Origin: an uncultured Gammaproteobacteria bacterium | GTDB lineage: Bacteria > Patescibacteriota > Patescibacteriia > JACRDY01 | NCBI GenBank assembly: GCA_964364745.1 | Contig: CAYINJ010000005.1 | Coordinates: 1 to 32,818, forward strand | Length of the DNA: 32,818 bases | Direction of reading: 5' to 3' | Part shown: positions 1 to 9,100 of the stretch, piece by piece | Position numbering within the stretch: the first letter of the stretch is position 1 | How the letters are laid out: every line of letters starts with the position of its first letter | Notes under the pieces: model-generated | The model's input: only the letters and a program-made list of their open reading frames with translations | What the model was told of the DNA's origin: nothing | The model's database searches: none | Made by a program: the position numbers and the translations under genes

Positions 1-1
1 T

Positions 2-829
2 CGCTTTGACTGGCCACTAACCCTGCCGAAACAAACCTTTCATCTGTTGGCGGATTTGGCCCAAGCGGCCCGCTGGTGGCCACTGGTGGCCAGTACTGGT
101 CTAGCGGTGGCGGGTTGGCAGCTAATCAGTCACCGGCGGGCGCACCCAGCGATTGCCTGGGTGATGGTAATTTTAATTAATGCCGGACTGGTTTATGGCT
201 TCGTGGATTTTTCAGCGGTGATTAATTATGAACAAAGCGCTTACGCCATCCGCATCGCCGCCACCGCTTTACTCTATCTCTGGCCGCTGATGAGTGTCGG
301 GGCAGTGGCGGCAGTCACCGTGCTCCGCCGGCAACGGGCCACGCTCCAAATAACGGCCGCTGGCGTCCTCGTGCTGTTAGCCGCCGTCCACTACTACGCT
401 ATTTTCCCTCATGATGACATTCACACCATTGGCCACGCCTACAGTCCTGGCCCGGCCGATGTGGCGGCGGTCAGACAGATCGAGCAGTTGGCTGGCGGTG
501 AGCCCTATGTTGTTTTGGCCAACCAGGCCGTGGCGGCGGTCGCGATGCAAGAGTTTGGTTTTCGCTACTATCCGACTTCAGCCGGTGAGCTGTTCTTCTA
601 TCCGATTCCGACTGCCGGTCCGCTGTACCAGTTCTATCTAACCGCCATCAATTCTGGCCCCAGCCGCGCGTTAATGACTGACGCCATGAATACGGTTGGT
701 GTTCAGCGGTCCTATCTGGTGGTCAACCACTATTGGACTGCCGCCGCCGACTTAATTGCCGCCGCCAAACTCACGGCTGATGGCTGGCAAGATATTGATG
801 GTCAGGTCACTATTTTTGAATATCGATAA
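2..829 (+). CDS. Multi-pass membrane protein, C-terminal part (5' truncated by the window edge)
   Basis: The frame is open from position 2 (RFDWPLTLPK...), so the TTG at 47 is probably not the start. About 4 hydrophobic segments precede a soluble C-terminal domain (VVLANQAV, FFYPIPTAGPLYQFYL). The layout resembles the tail of GT-C-like membrane proteins; function is not assignable. Confidence 0.7.
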   Translation, partial: RFDWPLTLPKQTFHLLADLAQAARWWPLVASTGLAVAGWQLISHRRAHPAIAWVMVILINAGLVYGFVDFSAVINYEQSAYAIRIAATALLYLWPLMSVGAVAAVTVLRRQRATLQITAAGVLVLLAAVHYYAIFPHDDIHTIGHAYSPGPADVAAVRQIEQLAGGEPYVVLANQAVAAVAMQEFGFRYYPTSAGELFFYPIPTAGPLYQFYLTAINSGPSRALMTDAMNTVGVQRSYLVVNHYWTAAADLIAAAKLTADGWQDIDGQVTIFEYR

Positions 830-850
830 AGCCGCGACGCCGTTCAGACC

Positions 851-884
851 AAAAAAAGCGTCCCGCCTTCGGCGGGACGCTTTT
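851..884. terminator. Bidirectional intrinsic terminator between the convergent membrane-protein gene and ftsZ
   Basis: AAAAAAA-GCGTCCCGCC-TTC-GGCGGGACGC-TTTT: perfect 10-bp GC-rich stem with T-tracts on both strands. Confidence 0.9.
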
Positions 885-898
885 CAATGACTACTTGA

Positions 899-2104
899 TT
901 ATTTCATCTGCTTGCGGATGAAGGCCGGGATATCGAGTTCCTCATCATCGGTCACTGGCGAGGCCGCCACGGGGGCGGGTTTGTCTTCGACTTTCTTGCG
1001 ACCAAAGATGCGGACCTTGTCGTCATCATCACTGTCAGTGGGCGGGGCGGTCGCGCCATGATCATGCCGCCCTTCTTCTTCACGTTGTCGAGCGATAAAC
1101 CGACTGGGCTTGTAGCTGGTCAGCTGCCCCAACGTCTCACTGGCCTTTTTACTTTTTTCAAAACCGGTCGCCACCACCGTAATCCTAATCTCGTCGCCGA
1201 GGGCTTCATTGATCACCGTGCCAAAGATGACCTTGGCGTCCGGGTCGGCCGAGCCGGTAATGACCTTGGCCGCTTCATTAACCTCATGCATCGATAAGCT
1301 GTGCGAGCCGGTGACCGTGAAGAGGATGCCTTTGGCGCCTTCGATCGACAGCTCCAGCAGCGGCGAAGCCACCGCTGACTTAGCCGCCTCTAAAGCGCGA
1401 TTTTCGCCCTTACTTTGGCCAATTCCCATTAACGCCGAGCCGCTATCTTTCATAATTGCTTTGACGTCGGCAAAGTCGACGTTGATCAGCCCCGGTACCG
1501 TAATCAGTTCGGAAATACCCTGCACCCCCTGACGCAAAACGTCATCGACGATATTAAAAGCGTCCAAGAGCAAGGTTTTCTTATCAATAATCTGGAGCAG
1601 TCGGTCATTGGGGATGGTAATAATCGTGTCCACCCGCGCCGCTAGTTCTTCGTGACCCTTTTCGGCGATGGCGCGGCGCTGCGCGCCTTCAAAGGCAAAC
1701 GGTTTCGTCACGACTGCCACCGTCAAAGCTCCCGCATCACGGCAAAGTTCGGCGACCACTGGCGCCGCCCCCGTCCCGGTACCGCCACCAAGCCCGCAGG
1801 TAATAAAGACCATGTCGGCGTCGCGGACCACATCACGAATATCGTTTTGATTTTCTTCGGCGGCCGATCGCCCCAAGTCCGGATCCATCCCCGCGCCCAG
1901 TCCTTTGGTGACTGATTTGCCAATATGAATTTTGGTCTGGGCCTGGCAGTAATACAAGGCCTGGACATCAGTGTTGATGGCCACGAACTCAACGCCTTTG
2001 ATTTTGGCCGCGATCATCCGATTCAAAGCCGAGCCGCCGGAGCCGCCAACGCCAATCACTTTGATTTTGGCAAACGTTTCGATATCAGGTTTTACTTCGG
2101 CCAT
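899..2104 (-). CDS. ftsZ: Cell division protein FtsZ
   Basis: IKVIGVGGSG, tubulin signature GLGGGTGTG, INVDFADV and C-terminal peptide ELDIPAFIRK. The ATG at 2104 (MAEVKPDIETF) is preferred to the TTG at 2128. Confidence 0.98.
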   Translation of the reverse strand: MAEVKPDIETFAKIKVIGVGGSGGSALNRMIAAKIKGVEFVAINTDVQALYYCQAQTKIHIGKSVTKGLGAGMDPDLGRSAAEENQNDIRDVVRDADMVFITCGLGGGTGTGAAPVVAELCRDAGALTVAVVTKPFAFEGAQRRAIAEKGHEELAARVDTIITIPNDRLLQIIDKKTLLLDAFNIVDDVLRQGVQGISELITVPGLINVDFADVKAIMKDSGSALMGIGQSKGENRALEAAKSAVASPLLELSIEGAKGILFTVTGSHSLSMHEVNEAAKVITGSADPDAKVIFGTVINEALGDEIRITVVATGFEKSKKASETLGQLTSYKPSRFIARQREEEGRHDHGATAPPTDSDDDDKVRIFGRKKVEDKPAPVAASPVTDDEELDIPAFIRKQMK

Positions 2105-2157
2105 ATGCTGAACACTAATAGTATTCAATTTATCAACAGTCCCGGCATGGTGTATAA

Positions 2158-2166
2158 ATTATACCA
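2158..2166 (-). promoter_or_regulatory. Putative extended -10 promoter (TGgTATAAT) for ftsZ, inside an inverted repeat (2139-2175)
   Basis: Minus strand reads GTCCCGGTG-TGGTATAAT-TTATACACCATGCCGGGAC. The -35 match is poor. Confidence 0.6.
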
Positions 2167-2208
2167 CACCGGGACGAACTCGCGAAACTAGTTAAAATAT
2201 GGGGGGGT

Positions 2209-3459
2209 CTAAGGGCGGAAATTACGGAGCATATCGCGGAGCCGCCCCCCGACCTGGCCGACGCTGGTGAACTTCGACATCCAACCGGATTGTTTGGTGT
2301 GGCGAGTCAGCTGTTCACCCCACGCCACCAGTCCGACGGCCGTCAAAAAGCTTAGGTCCTGGACCTTGTCAATGGCGGAAGTTAAGTTTTGAGCAAAGCC
2401 CAAACAGGCCGGCAGTTTCAACTTGCGCTTGGCCACATCAACCATTCCGGGCAACTTCGCTCCCCCACCGATCAAGACGGCGCCGGCCGGTAAACTGCCC
2501 GAGCGATCCACCCGTTTTAATTCGCCATCAATTTTATCAAAAATTTCTTCAACTCGCGCCTCGATAATTTCAGCGATATATTTACGCGAGACAATACTGT
2601 CATCGCCGGTTAGAGTACTGTCAAAATCATTCAGATTAATTTCATCTTTCTTCAAAATGTCTTTGGCTTCGGCCGCGCCGTAATCAACCTTGATCCGCTC
2701 GGCCGTATCAATGGAGATTCGCAAACCGATGGCCAGGTCGGAGGTAATATGGTCCGAGCCAATCGCCAGCACGGCCGTGTGGACCACATCACCCTCTTCA
2801 AACACGATCACGCTGGTGGTTGACGCGCCGATATTGACCAAGATCACGCCCAATTCCTTCTGGCGATTGGTTAAGACCGCTTCTGATGAGGCCAAAATCG
2901 ACAGGACCAAGTCATCAATATCCAGCCCGGTGCGATAGACACACTTGGTCAAAATTTTAACCTGGCTGGTCAAGGCCTGGATAATCATGGCGTCGACTTC
3001 CAGTCGGATGCCATTCATGCCGACTGGATCTTTGATGTTGGCCTGGTGATCAATAGTAAAGGCCTTGGGGATGACATGCAAAATCTCGTAGTTGGACGGG
3101 GTGGCCACCGTCCGCGCCGCCTCGATCGACCGCTCGACATCTTCTTCGGTGATCTCACCATCACTGCGCGAGACCGCCACGACGCCGCGCGAGTCCTGGG
3201 AAATAATGTGACTACCGGAAATCCCCACCCAGGCGCTCTCAATTTTTACCCCGGCAATTTTTTCGGTTTTTTCGAGGCATTTGTTCATGCTCTTGACGGC
3301 TTCTTCAATACTAACCACCGTGCCTTTGGTAATCCCTTCGGCCGCTACTTCGGCGGCCGCAATGACGTTCAGTTTCTGTTCGGCCGAACGCTGACCGACG
3401 ACCATGCGAATGGAGGCGGAACCAATGTCTAGGCCGGCGATAATATCAGGGCGTTGCAT
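2209..3459 (-). CDS. ftsA: Cell division protein FtsA
   Basis: GLDIGS phosphate-1 motif, DPVGMNGIRLEV, NIGASTT, AERIKVDYG and LIGGGAKLPG; amphipathic C-terminal helix; adjacent to ftsZ. Confidence 0.97.
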   Translation of the reverse strand: MQRPDIIAGLDIGSASIRMVVGQRSAEQKLNVIAAAEVAAEGITKGTVVSIEEAVKSMNKCLEKTEKIAGVKIESAWVGISGSHIISQDSRGVVAVSRSDGEITEEDVERSIEAARTVATPSNYEILHVIPKAFTIDHQANIKDPVGMNGIRLEVDAMIIQALTSQVKILTKCVYRTGLDIDDLVLSILASSEAVLTNRQKELGVILVNIGASTTSVIVFEEGDVVHTAVLAIGSDHITSDLAIGLRISIDTAERIKVDYGAAEAKDILKKDEINLNDFDSTLTGDDSIVSRKYIAEIIEARVEEIFDKIDGELKRVDRSGSLPAGAVLIGGGAKLPGMVDVAKRKLKLPACLGFAQNLTSAIDKVQDLSFLTAVGLVAWGEQLTRHTKQSGWMSKFTSVGQVGGRLRDMLRNFRP

Positions 3460-3468
3460 ACGAGCTGG

Positions 3469-3497
3469 ATTATACTATATGACCGGAGAAAAACCAA
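3469..3497 (-). promoter_or_regulatory. Putative sigma70 promoter for ftsA (near-leaderless)
   Basis: TTGGTT(3497-3492)-N17-TATAAT(3474-3469), with 9 nt to the ATG at 3459. Confidence 0.55.
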
Positions 3498-3933
3498 GTT
3501 GACGGAGCATGGTTTGATGTAGCCGATTAAATACCGCCGCTTCACGTCGTGACCGTTCATGATCGTGGCCCAACAGGTGAATCAAACCGTGAATCACCAA
3601 GAGAGACAGCTCGGCCTCGACGGTCTGACCAGCCCGTCTGGCTTGCCGGACCACCTGCGGATAATCAATCACGATTTCGCCCAAGAGGGTTGGCTCACCG
3701 GTCGGCCAATGTCGGTCAGTTTGGGAAAAGCTCAAGACGTCGGTTAAGCCCGGCCGATGGCGATATTGGCGATGCAACCGCGCCATCGTCGTGTCACCCA
3801 CCACCGCCAGCGAAACCGTTTTACCTCGGAGGGGTGGCAACACCCGACTAGCCACCGTGGCAATCCGCGCCAGCAGGCGCCGATTGATCGGCGTTTTGAC
3901 CGTCACCCGGACCTCAAAAGTAAACGCCAACAT
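3475..3933 (-). CDS. ybeY: rRNA maturation endoribonuclease YbeY
   Basis: TDVLSF, LGEIVI and the zinc motif HGLIHLLGHDH. Start is uncertain among 3948, 3945 and 3933. Confidence 0.93.
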   Translation of the reverse strand: MLAFTFEVRVTVKTPINRRLLARIATVASRVLPPLRGKTVSLAVVGDTTMARLHRQYRHRPGLTDVLSFSQTDRHWPTGEPTLLGEIVIDYPQVVRQARRAGQTVEAELSLLVIHGLIHLLGHDHERSRREAAVFNRLHQTMLRQLGFSPVI

Positions 3934-3947
3934 GGTTGGAATCATCA

Positions 3948-4988
3948 CTATTTAGCAATTTCCACCAAACTATTGATCATCAAGGCAAAGGTCGCGCTAA
4001 AATGCAGCTCTTTTTCCGTCCCGGGGTTATAAGTCAGCGCGTAGACCGTGTTGGTTTTAGCCGACTTGAGATAGACCGTCAACTGGTCGCCAGAGCGCAA
4101 CAGCCGCCAGGTCTTCAGTGTTTCAGCGGTTGGGGCTGGCGCGCTCCCGGTTTTGGGCGCAATTACTTCCTGATACCAGCGATCCAATGAAGTGGTCACC
4201 GGCCCATAAAAGATTAGCTCGATAAAATCAGTGGTAGTGGGCGAGATAAAACTGACGGTCTCGGTGCTGCCCGGCGTATCTAGTCGCCACAGCGCCGGAT
4301 AGAGTATCTGGTAGCCGCTGGCCGTATTACTGTAGAGTTTAACCAAGCCACCAGCGGTTAATTTCTGGTTAATGCCGGTGGCCGAATACCCCGCTTTGAT
4401 CTCTTCACCATCGAGATAGCCGTCCAGATCAGTGTCGGGCTTATTGCGATCGCTCCCATAGAGGATTTCTTCGACATCAGTCAGACCATCGCGGTCCGCG
4501 TCGCGCCCCACGGGTAACTGCAACACCACGCCCTCTAGCTTGACCGGTTGTCCCATTTCGGGGACGGTCGGTGGAGTGGTCGCTGGCGGGGCGGCGGTCT
4601 CACTCCCCTCGCCGACTGTTGTAATCGGCGCCGAACCATTGGCTGCCGTGGTCGGTGTTTCATTGGTGGGGACTAACCCGTCAACCGGCGATGAACTGGC
4701 CGGAGGATTTACTGCGGTGGTCGAGATTGGACTCGGCGGGATGACCACCGTCGGACGATCTTTGGCTGACCAGTCCGTGCTAAAAAATATCACGGCCGCA
4801 ATCACCACCAGCCCACCCGCCACGCTGGCGATAATCAGCCACCGGCGCCGACTCAGGCCGGAATGGGTCGGATTAATATAATACTGCGCTGGCATCACAT
4901 GAATGTCAGAATCATTGATCGGCGACACTATTTCAGCCATTTTTGGCTGGACAGTGGCTGATTGGTTGGCGAATAACGACCAGGGCAT
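3948..4988 (-). CDS. Single-pass membrane protein with Pro/Thr linker, bacterial TSP3-like Ca-binding repeat and C-terminal PsbP-like domain
   Basis: RRR followed by a TM helix; DADRDGLTDVEE...DTDLDGYLDGEEIKAGY (4385-4503); YSNTASGYQILYPALW...FALMINSL resembles PsbP-like domains (by eye). Confidence 0.75.
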   Translation of the reverse strand: MPWSLFANQSATVQPKMAEIVSPINDSDIHVMPAQYYINPTHSGLSRRRWLIIASVAGGLVVIAAVIFFSTDWSAKDRPTVVIPPSPISTTAVNPPASSSPVDGLVPTNETPTTAANGSAPITTVGEGSETAAPPATTPPTVPEMGQPVKLEGVVLQLPVGRDADRDGLTDVEEILYGSDRNKPDTDLDGYLDGEEIKAGYSATGINQKLTAGGLVKLYSNTASGYQILYPALWRLDTPGSTETVSFISPTTTDFIELIFYGPVTTSLDRWYQEVIAPKTGSAPAPTAETLKTWRLLRSGDQLTVYLKSAKTNTVYALTYNPGTEKELHFSATFALMINSLVEIAK

Positions 4989-5011
4989 AGCGGTTCAGGG
5001 GGGCTCACTAG

Positions 5012-5635
5012 TTACTGAATCGGTGGCGTGGCAAACAGCCGGCCGGCGCCGAGCGGATTATAGCCACCGCGGACTTCTTCGCCGTCGGAATAGCCGTCAG
5101 TATCGGTATCAGAGTTCAGCGGATCGGTCTTATAAATTTGGCTTTCTTCTTTATCAAACAGTCCGTCCAGATCGGTATCGGCTGATTGAGCGTTGGTGCC
5201 CAAGCCGGCCTCTTCGACGTCAGTCAACCCATCCAAATCGCTATCGCGGGGCGGAACGACGGCCATTGAGGGATTAGCGTTGTTGCCAGTCGGCGTAGTA
5301 TTTACCGTTGACGGAGTGCCGTTGGTGGGAGTAAATGTCGGCGCGTTGGCCCGGCTCTGCCACCAGCTATAAGCCGACCAACCGGCTAACACCACAATAA
5401 TCACCACCACGGCAGCGGCCACTAACCATAACCAGCGTTTATGGTCGCCCTCATGACTCATTTCCATGACGCCACTGGTCGGCGGCGGTGTCATCACTGG
5501 TCGAGGAGTTGGCGGTGTGGGCCGCACCGCGGTCGGTGGTGGCCCTGGCGCGGCCGGTGGCGGCGTCGGTCTAGGCGGCTGGGACGTGGTCGGCTCTAGG
5601 GCCGAAAAAATGTCCTCGGGCTGTTGATCAAACAT
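5012..5635 (-). CDS. Single-pass Pro-rich membrane protein with C-terminal bacterial TSP3-like repeats
   Basis: Pro-rich N-tail, TM helix (WLWLVAAAVVVIIVVLAGW), then DSDLDGLTD, DTDLDGLFD and DTDTDGYSDGEEVRGGYNPLGAGRL. Confidence 0.8.
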   Translation of the reverse strand: MFDQQPEDIFSALEPTTSQPPRPTPPPAAPGPPPTAVRPTPPTPRPVMTPPPTSGVMEMSHEGDHKRWLWLVAAAVVVIIVVLAGWSAYSWWQSRANAPTFTPTNGTPSTVNTTPTGNNANPSMAVVPPRDSDLDGLTDVEEAGLGTNAQSADTDLDGLFDKEESQIYKTDPLNSDTDTDGYSDGEEVRGGYNPLGAGRLFATPPIQ

Positions 5636-5672
5636 AGGGGTAGCTATTTAATATGAAAATACTCCAGGCCAC

Positions 5673-6161
5673 TTAATAATACCACAGTTTGCCCGCCCCC
5701 AGTGGATCGTAGCCATTCTTCACTTCTTCACTATCCGAGTAGCCATCCCCGTCAGAATCAGATTTCTTAGAGTCAGTGCTAAATTCTTTTTCCAACGCAT
5801 CGGGCAGTCCGTCCCGGTCAGCGTCAGCGCTGTCCCCGACGGTCGGCCCACCAACCACTGTCGGTGCGCCATCGTTGTCTTTGGTGGGCTGATCGTTAGC
5901 TCCTGCCCCAACCTCGCTGGTCGGTACTGTGGTAACAGGACCCGGTCTGGTCGCCGGCAACGGCGCTTGGTCCCCTTCTACCGTCAGGCTGCTGTCGGTT
6001 ACCACCACCTCACCAGCCATTTTTGAGGCCGAATAGGCCCACCACGCGCCTAAGCCGATAATTACTGCTAACAAACCGCCGCCAATAATTTTGGCGAGCC
6101 GGCGCTGGAAAAAACCAGGCCAATCAAATCGGGGCGGTAATGGCGTGGGCTGCAGATCCAT
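5673..6161 (-). CDS. Single-pass membrane protein with C-terminal bacterial TSP3-like repeat
   Basis: TM helix (IIGGGLLAVIIGLGAWW); DADRDGLPDALE...DSDGDGYSDSEEVKNGYDPLGAGKLW. The ATG lies 1 nt after the giant gene's stop codon. Confidence 0.8.
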   Translation of the reverse strand: MDLQPTPLPPRFDWPGFFQRRLAKIIGGGLLAVIIGLGAWWAYSASKMAGEVVVTDSSLTVEGDQAPLPATRPGPVTTVPTSEVGAGANDQPTKDNDGAPTVVGGPTVGDSADADRDGLPDALEKEFSTDSKKSDSDGDGYSDSEEVKNGYDPLGAGKLWYY

Positions 6162-6162
6162 A

Positions 6163-9100
6163 TTAAGGTAGTGGCTTGGTCGTAAACTCCAGGCGAACCT
6201 TGACTGGATGCGCTAGGCCTGATCCGTCCGGCCCAAACGGTTGCTGCATTTGGAGGTAGATATTGGACCAAGTGCCATCTTTAAACTTGGGTTTGAAGAA
6301 GTCCAAGCTTTGGTTATTATTGTTGTCCTGGCAGGTACATGACAGATTCTGCGTGCCGAGCCAACTCCACGGCCAGGCGGGGTATGGGTTCCAGCCGGTC
6401 GTGTTGGTACCATTGATCCAGTCACAACTGGAGTTTGACGGCCCATAGCCGCGGCCGGGCAAGAAAATGCGATCCAAGAAGTCCTCGAGCTTCACCCCAC
6501 CGAGCGGCAACAGCTCGGTCTGGGTGCCGGAAGCATACCAATTAAAAGCCGTGCCATCCCAGGTGATTCGTTGCTTCGAGGTGTTAGTTTGCGGCGTGAC
6601 CGTTAACTGAATTGAACTGTCGTCAATCACGTCCAGACAAGTGGCCCCGGCGGCACACTGGGAATCGCTAGTGCACGTTCTAATAGAAGGAGAGTCCGAG
6701 CAGATTCCTTGAGTGCAAGTCGCCCCGCCGCTGCACTGGGCATCGCTGGTACAGGTCTGAACGGTGTACGGATCAAAGCTAAAGTCCGAGCAGATTTTTG
6801 GGGCCGCAAATTGCACGCCGAAGTTGGCCGTCCCATCACCTTGATTGACGTCCCACTCCACGACGTGAGTTGATCCGGCTTGGACTGATTTCAATGGTAA
6901 GGGCGAAGGACTGGACTCCGAAACCGTCCCGAAAGGCACGCCGTCAACCGTGACCGTAGCTGAATCACCACCAGCGGGCTCACCAGCACATGGCCCGACG
7001 TGCGCTAACGCCATATTGACCGGCACACAGCCCTCATCAATTTGGCCGTCACAGTTGTTATCTTTTAGATCGCACGCTTCGGTTTGACCGGGGTTAATTT
7101 CGGCATCATCGTCATTACAGTCGACTGGCGCGCCACAAGTGCTGTAGCCGTCGGCATCATTGTCGTACTGTTCGTCAACTACGCCGTCGCAGTTGTTGTC
7201 AATGCCGTCCCAGCAGATTTCATAGCCGACGTTTTCGCTGCTGTCATCACCACAGCAGTTGGTTTGGCCGCCGGTGCCTTTCCAGATATCTCCGCCTTGA
7301 TCAACGCAGCGGAATTGGCAGTCGTCCGCTTCCGTGCCCCAACAGTCGCCGTCACAGGCATCACCGCCGCTGTTGACACAGGTCGGATTACTCCATTGGT
7401 TAGCACAACTCCCATAGACGTCCCGCGCAGTATTGCTGTCCGTATTGGTTTGCGCCGCGTTGGCGGTGGCCGAGCAATTATCCACGGTGCCACAGACGCC
7501 GTCATTGTCATAATCATTGGCCGGATCAGCCGGGCAGACATCACAGACGTCGCCCCCGCCATCAGCGTCCGCATCGGCTTGATCAAGGTTGGCGACATAG
7601 GGACAATTATCGGCAAAGTCGGCCTGGCCGTCTTGATCGGTATCGTTTTGCGAATAACCCGAGAAGTTCTTACATTGGTCAGCGGTAATTTCTTGCCAAG
7701 CCGCGTAGTCCCCCAGCTCTTCAGCCCCACCCGCTTCCCAGAGGTTAATTGAGCTTTGATCATCGAACATGTTTTCCCAGTTGGCCAGGACGCGGGCTTT
7801 TTGGCCATTACTTTCGACGACGTAGAGATAGGCGTAGGACCGCTCCGGACACATGAACTGCAGCGCGGTGTTGTCCCAGCAGGTGGCGCGGTTGAACGGA
7901 TTGACGCAGCCATTGAACTGGTTGAGCGGATCCACCGGCAAGCCGGCACCGAGTTGGTTGCTTAAGGTTGCTTGCCAGGACGGCCAAGTACTATAGGTCC
8001 GCCCGGCGATATAGCTACCGGCGGCTAACAGCGGATAATTACCTTGCTGTTGATAGTAACCCCCCAATAACGACCGCACGTCATGAATGTCGGCGGCGCG
8101 AAAAACGTTGCGGGCGGTCTTGGTTTTGGGGTTATCACAGTAGACGGCGGCACTGGTCGTGCCTTTATCACAATACGGCTGGGCGGCTGGACAATCAGTA
8201 TTAACTTCACAGATCGGGCTGGGATTGCCATTGGGCTGGGTGACATCAGCCGAACAGCGATAACACTGGAAGTCACTGTCACAGCCGCTGGTGTTGCCTG
8301 CGACATCAACCATCGGCACGCCGCCGCGGACACAGACCCCACTGGCATCCATGTAGGCCGCGTTAATATTGAAGCGCAGGTGACTCAACAGTTGATTATA
8401 GATGTTTTGAGTGTCGGCATTGGCTCCTTCGTTGGCCGAAGCAATATACATGTTGGTGAAGAGTACCCCATCCGGATAGCTGCCTAAGATGCCGCCAGCC
8501 ACCCAGTTGCCGGCGTTGACGTACGTCGCGCTATCCGTCTGGACCGCGCGATAGTCATCGATGGTGGCCGGTTTGGCGGTCCCATTAAACCGTTGCTTAA
8601 ACCACAAGTCCGGCGAGATGTGCTCGCTGTTCTTTTCGACACTGAACAAAATCGCGTCATTACTGCCATTAACCTCATGGCCCCGGAAGTCGGCTGATCG
8701 TGGTAAGAGCCAATGCCGCAACGGGGCTGACCCACCCGGGCTGGGCGGTTGAGCGACGGAAAATGGCGGGAACTGCAGGGCGGGCAAATCATCAGCCAGA
8801 TTCGGCAGACAGGGGCCGTAATCGACCGGGATGTCGTTTTGGACCACGCGACAATCACCATCCTGCTGACAGGTCAATGGCTGCGTCAATCCTAGCGTGC
8901 CGGCACAGAACAAATTGTCCGAGCCACTGTCCCGACAATAATAAGACCGGAAATTGGTCGGGTAGGCGGCCTGATTGAGAATGTTCTGCGGCAAAATTGA
9001 CTCCTGGCTATCGGCAAACGCATTGGGCTCGAAGTTGCAAGTTGCGCCAATAGTACAGTCGGCGTCAATCTCGCAAGCCGTCACATCATTTGGGCCATAG

